Source: Archangiaceae bacterium (GTDB lineage: Bacteria; Myxococcota; Myxococcia; Myxococcales; Myxococcaceae). From it: a stretch of 24,680 nucleotides of DNA. The stretch lies in contig JAYVCD010000012.1 of assembly GCA_043750125.1 (NCBI GenBank), forward strand, positions 1 to 24,680. Reading direction: 5' to 3'. Positions 15,701-22,184 of this stretch are shown here, in pieces (the stretch's first letter is position 1; every line of letters begins with the position of its first letter). Under the pieces are notes generated by a model. The model ran no database searches. It saw only the letters and a list, made by a program, of their open reading frames with translations, and was not told the DNA's origin. Made by a program: the position numbers and the translations under genes.

Positions 15701-18700
15701 GTTGAAGGTGACCGGCCAGGTGTCGCTGCTGGTGCTGCAGACGTCGTCGGTGGTGGCGGTGACTTCGCAAAAGAGCCTGCTGGAAGTCGACAGCCCCGAG
15801 CAGTTCACCGCCTCGGTCACTGACCAGTTCGGCGGGCTGGTGGACTTCGGAAACGAAGCGCTGTGGACGGTCAACGGCGGCGGCACCATTTCACCGACCG
15901 GAAAATTTCTGGCGATGACGGCGGGGGACTGGGTGGTGAGCGCGGAGGTCGACGGGAAGACGGGCAGCAAGATGGTGAAGGTGGTGGTGGGCCCGGTGCC
16001 GCGAATCGCGATTGCCCCGGCAGCGAACCCCAACCCGGTGATGGGAGACACCGCTCAACTCAGCGTGCTGGGCAGCGACGACAAGGGCGAAGACAAGCTG
16101 AAGTACGAGTGGAGCGCGGTGAATCCTCCGGGCGCGGTCACCTTCATGCCCAACGGCACCAACGCTTCGAAGGCCTCGACGGCGGTGTTCTTCGCGGTCG
16201 GTCTGTACAACCTGAAAGTCGAAGTGACCGATGAAGACGGACTGTCGACCTCGGGGTTCCTCACCGTCGATGTGAAGGTCGGAGTCTCGAAGATCGTCGT
16301 TTCCCCCTCGGCCGCGCAGGTTCCGGTGGGCACGTCGTTCACGTTTGGCGCCCAGGCGAAGGACGCCGCCGGCGCCAACATCGCCACTCCCGCGTGTGCC
16401 TGGAGCGCGGGCGGCGGCGCGATTGACGGGGCGAGCGGGCTGTTCACCGCGGCCATGACCGCAGGGGACTTCACGGTCACCGCGGTCTGTGGCGGGAAGA
16501 CGGGCAGCGCGCCGTTCAAGGTGACTTTGAAGAACGGAACCGATGGCGGCGGCACCGGCGGCGGGACCGGAGGAGGAGGGAAGGGCTGTGGCTGTACTTC
16601 CGGAGCCGAAGGAGCTGCGCCCTGGGCGATGTTCTTGATCGCGGTGGCGATGTGGGCCGGCCGTCGCAATCTGCGTCCCTCGACTGCTCTCGGGATGAAC
16701 GGGAAGGCTGCTCTCGGGATGAACGGGAAGGCGGCGATTGCGGCGATGGTCCTCGGTCTGTCGGGGTGTACCGAGCGGGCGCAGGATCAGGCGGCGAAGT
16801 CTCCGGGGGCACCGCAGTCGGTGCACAGCTCGAAGGCGGCGTTGGGCGAGCCGCAGTCCGGCTACCCGTCGGATCAAGAGCGGATGCTTCACGTGTTGAT
16901 CAACCAGGCGCGGCACTCGGCGACGACGCCGAACAACAACGAGTGTGGCGACTACACCGCTGAAGTGGGCGCGAACGTGAACAAGGTCCCGCTGGTCTGG
17001 GTGAAGGAAGCGAACCTCGGGGCGCGCTTCACCTCGCGGCACATGTCCGAGCTGGGCTGTTACCAGCACGAGAACTGCTGCGAGCTGGGTGACGCGGGAG
17101 CCGGAACCGTCGGCTGCATCGGCCCGGCCCAGTGCAGTGGTACCGGCTGCAACAAGACCTGCGATGCGGGCACGGGGCAGACGTCGACTCAGCGCTTTGG
17201 CTTGTTGGGTTTCAATTCGCTCTCGTCCGAAAGCATCGGGCAGGGCGTAGCGAGCGCGTACGACTTCTGGTGCGGGCTGATGCAGTCAGCGTCCAACCGA
17301 GAGGCGATCTACGCGGACGCAGGAACCCAGATTGGAGCGGGCAACTACGTCGCGAGCGCGCAGACTTGCAACGGCAGCTACTGGACGTTGGCCTACGGAA
17401 ACGCGCAGGTCACCGTGCCGAAAATCCCGGCCGCGGCGGCGATCTACAACCCTCCGAACCCGCTCAACACCTCGACGCTGTACTTCGCCGCGAACTATTA
17501 CGATCCGGGCAAGGCTCCGAAGCGGGCCGAAGTCGTCGTGGCGGGCCACTGCTTCGATCTCGAAAAGAAGTGGGGCTACGAAGACAACGGAACGTACGAG
17601 GTCCACTTCCCAGATCCGGACGTGCTGCCCGACGGGTGCCACCCGTACTACTTCCTCTTCACCGACGCCGATGGCGGGCGACTGACCTACCCGACCGTGG
17701 GCAGCTTTCAGCTCGCACTCGGTCAGACCACCACCTGTCCAGTGGCATACGACCCGGGCGCGCAATTGCTCGCGGACTGCGAGACGGGCATTCAGCAGTG
17801 TCCGGCCAATGGCTCGCAGAAATGTTACACGGCGGACAACGCGACGCTGGGCAAGGGTGAGTGCCGGCAGGGAAATCAGGTGTGCCGCAACGGCTTCTGG
17901 AGCGCCTGCAAGGACATGATCGGGCCGTTCCCGGAAGTGTGTGATGGGCTGGACAACGACTGCGACGGCACGGTGGACGTATTACCCGATGGCGGACTTC
18001 CCGGCGGCTCGTCGAGCTGCTCGGTGTTCGGAGAGCGAGGCATCTGCGCGGCGGGAGTGCGGACCTGTACCTCGGGACGGATGACGTGCGCGGGGACGAC
18101 AGCTCCGCAGGTCGAGGTGTGCAACAACATCGACGACGACTGCGACGGAAAGATCGACGACGGCTTTTCGATCGCCACCTGCGGAGTGGGCGAATGTTTT
18201 CGAATCGCGCTCGAGTGCAACGGTGGGACTCCGGGAGTCTGCGTGCCGGGAACGCCGACCGCCGAAGTGGCGGACTTCAAAGACAACGACTGCGACGGAA
18301 TCGTCGACAACGGGTTTTTCTGCACGCCCGGCATCATTCGCAATTTGCCGGCGACGCTGTCGCGTTTCACGGACGGGGGCATCTACCCGGTGAGCCTGCC
18401 GTGTAAGGGTGGGGCACAGATTTGTCAGCCGGACAGCGGGTGGGGCCCGACGCTGCAGGAAGTGTTGCCGTCGCGTGAGATCTGCGACGACAAGGACAAC
18501 GACTGCGACGGAAAGAACGACATCGACAGCATCAACAAGATTGGCTGGCTGCGGTGTGGAGTGGGCTCGTGCATGGTGTTTCCCGCATCGTGCAAAGCGG
18601 GAGGGGTAGCGGTGACCTGCACTCCAGCCGCGCCCACGGCGGAGATCTGCAATGGCGCCGACGACAACTGCAATGGAGTGATCGACGAGAACTGCCATTG

Positions 18701-19124
18701 CCGGATTGACGAAGAGCGTCCTTGTTACACCGGGACCTCGGCGACGCGTGACGCGGGTGTTTGTCACGGCGGCAAGCGGACGTGTCCGATGGGCGAATAC
18801 ACGAAGTGCACGGGCGAGGTGAAGCCGTCGCCTGAGTACTGCAACAACCTGGACGACGACTGCGACGGAGTGATCGACAACACCTGCATCCCGCTGACGG
18901 ACGCGGGCTCGGGCGGTGGGTCCGGAGGCGGCGCTGGAGGCGGGACGGGGGGCGTCGGTGTCGGTGGCGGAGGCGGCTCGGGCGGTGGCTCTTCGGCCGG
19001 GGGCGGAACGGGAGGTGGAGCCGAAATGAAGAAAGGCTGTGGTTGCTCAGGGGGCCCAGATGGCGCGATCGTCTTTGCTCTGCTCGGAATGCTGAGCACC
19101 GTCGTGAGGCGGCGCCGAAGCTAA
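12702..19124 (+). CDS. large secreted/surface protein: metzincin metalloprotease (M11 gametolysin-like) + PKD + carboxypeptidase-regulatory-like/Ig repeats + internal MYXO-CTERM; then lipobox + CAP/SCP-like domain + six Cys-rich CDxxDNDCDG repeats + terminal MYXO-CTERM
   Basis: ATG12702 has GAAGGA upstream and a signal peptide MTRTLLFALALCCAAPSFA. HEVGHNYGLYH at 13611-13643, followed by EYGNVFEVMG (Met-turn). PKD signature YYWDFGD. GCGC-TM-RR motifs at ~16581-16670 and at the C-terminus. The ORF-finder start at 12573 lies inside the repeat and is probably spurious. Confidence 0.88.
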   Translation: MTRTLLFALALCCAAPSFATEPDLAHAGFTQWLQRWNTAEPGLPRQRLLDEGIKLARARREVMSRLVRTDPERALAQQLSRAAVPAEVAEFVEEGFDAQGKWEVLAMLGKDRRTTYERSISFGARRFRAEAWGNLQHAKTVAMHLRGLTLDGWAAVRDDAVPRANIPGGPQASPHTIGNKKLLYIRVDFMDAPGEPISLVQAQTDIAALNNYYKASSYNKTSITGTVTNTLRMPLSKATYGTTNNTSQLLADARSAAYAANPGAWDLDVVFFSTISQWSWSGLGYVGQKGTWLNGSAGVGTVAHEVGHNYGLYHANFWQAGAETIIGAGSSLEYGNVFEVMGSGNGQPNAWYKWDLDWFGPTEVEVVTGSNSFRVYDLEQPILGGAHALKVPISGARDYWVHFRPASGGLNAHGTEINWGYPNSDSSDLLDMTPWTQTAADAPLVIGKTFSDSTAGIHITPTGLASTTPASIDVTVNRGLFAGNRSPTVTLVASGTQVNPNTAVTFTATASDLDGDPLAYYWDFGDSSVSTNSALQTRTFTTAKEVVARVTATDMKGGTGTAFVVVRVGNPSTYRISGTVRELGVGVEGVRVFVGSKMTLTDTQGDYTLTGFTSGSFTVGATKPGWTLNSSFVNPVMVNTVNVTGIDFTGLRATYTISGNVTSVAQPSPGVTITAGQYSTVTTASGAYTLSGVPNGGYQLLAKGSSGEVFNPTGFTNPIQINGANQSARNFVENVFPVSGQVTGTAGPHDVTDGIRTVQTALFGGSWLYKFPRVPPGNWNFVASAAGQLIVPSFANPVAVSAAVTGKDFTASVGVGYRIRGYIDEAGSPLVGCLVTSGALSSTSDSLGFYTFPNIANGSLDVMPVKSGYVFSPASCAGVDAGCRTVTVAGSDVSTGVDFSVFGANAPPTIAFPPHANPSPVIGKTASLTVLGDDPIEGEQALKYFWRQTFPIPTPLADGGAGLNQATFSTNNTNASKQVTVTFPKPGAYGFAVDIIDGGGLKVTGQVSLLVLQTSSVVAVTSQKSLLEVDSPEQFTASVTDQFGGLVDFGNEALWTVNGGGTISPTGKFLAMTAGDWVVSAEVDGKTGSKMVKVVVGPVPRIAIAPAANPNPVMGDTAQLSVLGSDDKGEDKLKYEWSAVNPPGAVTFMPNGTNASKASTAVFFAVGLYNLKVEVTDEDGLSTSGFLTVDVKVGVSKIVVSPSAAQVPVGTSFTFGAQAKDAAGANIATPACAWSAGGGAIDGASGLFTAAMTAGDFTVTAVCGGKTGSAPFKVTLKNGTDGGGTGGGTGGGGKGCGCTSGAEGAAPWAMFLIAVAMWAGRRNLRPSTALGMNGKAALGMNGKAAIAAMVLGLSGCTERAQDQAAKSPGAPQSVHSSKAALGEPQSGYPSDQERMLHVLINQARHSATTPNNNECGDYTAEVGANVNKVPLVWVKEANLGARFTSRHMSELGCYQHENCCELGDAGAGTVGCIGPAQCSGTGCNKTCDAGTGQTSTQRFGLLGFNSLSSESIGQGVASAYDFWCGLMQSASNREAIYADAGTQIGAGNYVASAQTCNGSYWTLAYGNAQVTVPKIPAAAAIYNPPNPLNTSTLYFAANYYDPGKAPKRAEVVVAGHCFDLEKKWGYEDNGTYEVHFPDPDVLPDGCHPYYFLFTDADGGRLTYPTVGSFQLALGQTTTCPVAYDPGAQLLADCETGIQQCPANGSQKCYTADNATLGKGECRQGNQVCRNGFWSACKDMIGPFPEVCDGLDNDCDGTVDVLPDGGLPGGSSSCSVFGERGICAAGVRTCTSGRMTCAGTTAPQVEVCNNIDDDCDGKIDDGFSIATCGVGECFRIALECNGGTPGVCVPGTPTAEVADFKDNDCDGIVDNGFFCTPGIIRNLPATLSRFTDGGIYPVSLPCKGGAQICQPDSGWGPTLQEVLPSREICDDKDNDCDGKNDIDSINKIGWLRCGVGSCMVFPASCKAGGVAVTCTPAAPTAEICNGADDNCNGVIDENCHCRIDEERPCYTGTSATRDAGVCHGGKRTCPMGEYTKCTGEVKPSPEYCNNLDDDCDGVIDNTCIPLTDAGSGGGSGGGAGGGTGGVGVGGGGGSGGGSSAGGGTGGGAEMKKGCGCSGGPDGAIVFALLGMLSTVVRRRRS
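16676..16733 (+). repeat. REP-like element with 2 tandem 24-bp units, in frame (PSTALGMNGKAALGMNGKA)
   Basis: 16676-16702 is TCCCTCGACTGCTCTCGGGATGAACGG, identical to the copy in the TPR gene. Units start at 16686 and 16710. Confidence 0.9.
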
Positions 19125-19291
19125 GGCGACGTGAACCCGTTCGATTCGGTGCTCCCCGTCGTCACCTTTCGCTCTGGCCGTCTGTTGAAGCCGTGGCAAG
19201 CGCCGCGGAAGGTTCCTGCGTCCCTTGGGCATTGGCAGGGAAAGGGTCTTCCTCCCGGTTGCCTTTGCGGCGTTGGCCTCGCTTTCAAGTA

Positions 19292-19324
19292 GACGAAGCC
19301 GAGTCAAAGCGGCTCGCCTTCGTC
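19292..19324. terminator. stem-loop between convergent genes (terminator-like or part of a structured RNA)
   Basis: GACGAAG-C-CGAGTC [AAAGC] GGCTCG-C-CTTCGTC forms a 13-bp stem. No poly-U tail. Confidence 0.35.
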
Positions 19325-19419
19325 GTCGAGATCCCTGAGGGCGGCGTTGCATTTGACGAGGGCGCCTCTGCGTGGGGCTGACGTCTGAACCTGGATGAAT
19401 GGCGAATCGCGACCGGGGT

Positions 19420-19953
19420 TCAACTTCCGAGCGGAACAGTGGCCAGGGCCCGGTACTGACCGCTGACGCTGGCATAGATGGTGAGGTGGCTCACATCCCA
19501 CGAGCCGAAGTCGGTGCGTTCCAGACGCCGGGCAACGACGTTGAACATCGGATCTCCGGTCTGATGCTGCGCGCGGGCGATCGTGAGGTGGGGAATGAAT
19601 TCGAGGTGATCGCGATCGACCGCGAGCTCCTGGCTCAAATGAGAAGCCAGCGCGGCGAGCGGCTGGAGCGCGCCGCGGACGCCGAGCCAGAGCACCTTCG
19701 GAACGGTCCCCGAAAAAGTGCCGGCGCCTTTGACCTGCAGCCTCATCGGCGCATGTTCGCGCGCGACTCGGGAGGCTGTGGCGGTGATCTCCGACTGTCG
19801 CTGAGCCTCGAGCTCGCCGAAGAACACCAGGGTGAGGTGAAGCGCCTCGGTGCGAACCCACCGGGCGTCCACCGTGTCGCGCTCGCGGAGGATCGCCTCG
19901 GCGACCCGGGCGCGAACTTCCTCATTGAGGTCCAGAGCAATGAACAGGCGCAC
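19420..19953 (-). CDS. thpR: RNA 2',3'-cyclic phosphodiesterase (2H phosphoesterase, LigT family)
   Basis: N-terminus MRLFIAL, two HxT motifs (LHLTL, PHLTI), 177 aa. Confidence 0.93.
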   Translation of the reverse strand: MRLFIALDLNEEVRARVAEAILRERDTVDARWVRTEALHLTLVFFGELEAQRQSEITATASRVAREHAPMRLQVKGAGTFSGTVPKVLWLGVRGALQPLAALASHLSQELAVDRDHLEFIPHLTIARAQHQTGDPMFNVVARRLERTDFGSWDVSHLTIYASVSGQYRALATVPLGS

Positions 19954-19975
19954 GGGGGGCAGCTACACTGAAGCG

Positions 19976-20467
19976 ATGGCGCTCGCAAAGCTGATGTCCG
20001 CAGGCAGTCACATCGAAGCGCAGTTGGTCAAAGGGCTGCTCGAGACCGAAGGCATTCCCTGCGTGGTGAACGGAGAATCGCGCAGCACGGACATGGGAAC
20101 CGAGGCGGGCTTCGCAGAGATTTTACTGCTGGTGCCCGAAGAGCTGCTGCAGCAAAGCAAGCTGTTGCTGGAAGCGAAGGTGGTGACCGAAGGGCCGGGC
20201 AGGCCGGGAGCGATTCCAGACGGGGCGGTGTGTCCGGTGCATGAGCTGAAAGCGACAAGCCTCTGCACGCGGTGTGGCTCTTTCCTATGCGCCGGCTGCG
20301 GTCCGGCGACGGTGCCACCACTGTGCGAGGCGTGCAGCGTGAAGCTCTCAGACCAGCCCCGCCCGCTCAGCAAGACGAAGGCGATCGCGTGGATGATGCT
20401 GCTGGTCCTGCTGGGGGTGCCGCTGATCGCGGTGGCGCTGCTGCGGCTGATCTCCGGACTGCGGTAA
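19976..20467 (+). CDS. DUF2007-like (putative signal transducing) domain + Cys-rich zinc finger + C-terminal TM helix
   Basis: EAQLVKGLLETEGIPC at the N-terminus, CPVH...CTRCGSFLCAGC...LCEAC, and a hydrophobic tail. ATG19976 is preferred because earlier starts overlap thpR. Confidence 0.8.
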   Translation: MALAKLMSAGSHIEAQLVKGLLETEGIPCVVNGESRSTDMGTEAGFAEILLLVPEELLQQSKLLLEAKVVTEGPGRPGAIPDGAVCPVHELKATSLCTRCGSFLCAGCGPATVPPLCEACSVKLSDQPRPLSKTKAIAWMMLLVLLGVPLIAVALLRLISGLR

Positions 20468-20599
20468 TCGACTCCCGGTCAGCCGGGCCGTAACAAGTGC
20501 AGGCCCAAGGCGACGACCAGCATCACCACGGCCGCAACATCGGCGATCACGACGCGTTGCCACCGCTGGAAACGGCGGCGATGGCTTTCTGAGGGACGT

Positions 20600-20785
20600 T
20601 CATGGGTCGAAGGGGAGCTTTTCGTCCGGACCGCTGACCTTCATCGAGGCGTCGGCGCATTGGAGCACGGGCTGAGGGGGGTACTTGTTCGGCAGCTTCT
20701 TGCACATCAGAAAGACCGAGCGCGCGGTCTCGACCCGGTGAAGGTGGGAACACCCATGGCAAATGCTCTCAGGAAAAGGCTGCAC
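20600..20785 (-). CDS. small Cys-rich hypothetical protein (61 aa, CxxCxH...C...KYP..P...C)
   Basis: GTG20785 gives MQPFPESICHGCSHLHRVETARSVFLMCKKLPNKYPPQPVLQCADASMKVSGPDEKLPFDP. It fills the gap divergent to the selenoprotein gene. Confidence 0.55.
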   Translation of the reverse strand: MQPFPESICHGCSHLHRVETARSVFLMCKKLPNKYPPQPVLQCADASMKVSGPDEKLPFDP

Positions 20786-20811
20786 GCGAAATTGGGGTAT
20801 AGCAGTCGGCG

Positions 20812-21345
20812 ATGCTTCCCGACCTCGAGCCACTGGCCGACCTGCAGCTGGTCGATCACACCGGCCGCCCGGTGCGCTTCGGCAGCGCATGGGAGACCGG
20901 GCCGGCGGTGCTGGTCTTCCTGCGCCACTACGGTTGACTGTTGTGCCGAGAGCACGCGGCGGAGTTCCGCCCGCATGAAGAATCACTGAAGCGCGAAGGC
21001 ATCCAGCTGGTCTTCGTGGGAATGGGGCTGCCGGCGATGGCGGACGACTTCCGCGCCCAGCTGAGCCTGTCCTCGCCGGTCTGGGTCGACACCAAACGCC
21101 TGACCTACAAGGCGCTGAAGTTCACCCGGGGGTGGAAGACCGTGCTCAATGCCCGGTCGCTGCTCAACGCGGTGCGCGCCTTGAGCAAAGGCCACTTCCA
21201 GCACCGGACCCAGGGCGACGCGCTGCTCAACGGCGGAGTCCTCGTCGCGAAGCAAGGCGGGCAATGCATCTACGCCTGGGCCTCGCAGGTGGCAGGCGAT
21301 CATCCCCGGACGGCCGACGTGCTCAAGGCTGCGCGCCACGGCTGA
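20812..21345 (+). CDS. AhpC/TSA-like (peroxiredoxin-like, thioredoxin-fold) selenoprotein; in-frame TGA at 20935-20937 read as Sec
   Basis: ATG20812 gives MLPDLEPLADLQLVDHTGRPVRFGSAWETGPAVLVFLRHYG-U-LLCREH...GGVLV...GDHP. The TGA sits at the first Cys position of the family's FLRHxGCxxCRE motif. 177 aa. Confidence 0.85.
20953..20977 (+). promoter_or_regulatory. candidate bacterial SECIS hairpin
   Basis: GCG-GCGG [AGTT] CCGC-C-CGC. The apical loop begins 25 nt after the UGA and has a G in its second position. Confidence 0.65.
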
Positions 21346-21370
21346 GCTCGCTGTGGGTCAAACCGGAAGC

Positions 21371-22012
21371 TCAAATCGCAAACTGCCAGTGCCACGGCTC
21401 ACGGGGAATGGTGCTGAAGCCGAAGCGGGAAGCGTTGGCTCGAAGCCACTGCGTGCCGTGGCTGTTGGTATTGACATCGACGGCCAGCCCCCAGCCGTGC
21501 TGACTTTTTCCGGGGGTCGCGGCCAACCCACCCTGGGAGTACAGGCCCTTGCGGCGAACGAGGTCCACCTGGGTCGCGAAGGACCGATAGGAATCGGTCA
21601 CCCCAATCTGCACGCCTTCGCGCGCGGCAGCGGCGCGCATCCGGATGAACGAAGCGGCGGCAGGCGCATACAGCCGGTGGCCCCCAATTCCGATGGAGCT
21701 CAGCGAGGACGCAGGGATGCGGCCGTTGCCAAACCGGCGAAGTTCCGCGGGAGTCGTGGCGCTCCCCGCCGAAGCGGGCCGCGCGGGAGCGTGGGTGTGA
21801 GCCTTTGCCTGACTTGTCGGGGTGTGGGCGCCTGAGTGTTTCTTCGACGGCTGGAAGGAGTCATGGCTGCCGGGGATGTTCAACGCCGCGCCGGGGCGAA
21901 GCAGGTTGGCATTCCTGATCTGCGGATTCGCCTTCAGCAGTGCGCCGATGGTGGTCCCGTTCTTCTTCGACAGCGCCCAAAGGGTGTCACCGGAATGAAT
22001 GCGATAGCTCAT
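21371..22012 (-). CDS. LysM domain + M15 (VanY-like D,D-carboxypeptidase family) peptidoglycan peptidase
   Basis: LysM: YRIHSGDTLWALS...LLKANPQI...LRPGAALNIP. M15 motifs: SYRS...Q, PGKSQHGWGLAVD, EPWHW. Confidence 0.9.
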   Translation of the reverse strand: MSYRIHSGDTLWALSKKNGTTIGALLKANPQIRNANLLRPGAALNIPGSHDSFQPSKKHSGAHTPTSQAKAHTHAPARPASAGSATTPAELRRFGNGRIPASSLSSIGIGGHRLYAPAAASFIRMRAAAAREGVQIGVTDSYRSFATQVDLVRRKGLYSQGGLAATPGKSQHGWGLAVDVNTNSHGTQWLRANASRFGFSTIPREPWHWQFAI

Positions 22013-22184
22013 GGTGGATTGTCGGTCGGGCGCCGAACCCGACTTCCCTCAAAATGTAACTTCGCTTGATCCTGGGCCTGAGTTTTCGCGGTCATTTTTG
22101 GGCAGTCCTCTGCTCGGGCTGAAGATTGATTCGGGTCCATCGAACTCCCGGAAAAACCCACCCGCAGGGGTAGGGTGGGCGCAA

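Noticed and set aside
12042-17069. Long minus-strand ORFs (1007 aa, 392 aa and others) opposite the surface protein gene
   Set aside because: Shadow ORFs. The + frame carries all recognisable domains.
19205-19260. Cobalamin riboswitch-like start (GGT-stem-GAAAGGG)
   Set aside because: No GGGAA/CCCGCAACTGT core or B12 box, and no downstream same-strand gene to control.
19370-19430. 6S RNA or tmRNA (GGGGCTGA..., TGAACC/GGTTCA)
   Set aside because: Only short motif matches. It overlaps the thpR stop and lacks the expected remaining structure and gene context.
20660-20989. 109-aa + ORF and other short ORFs overlapping the selenoprotein 5' end
   Set aside because: They are alternative frames. 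The region is better explained by the Sec-readthrough gene and the small minus-strand Cys-rich gene.
22011-22184. N-terminal extension of the permease ORF
   Set aside because: It overlaps the LysM gene start and the divergent promoter region, with non-coding-like composition.
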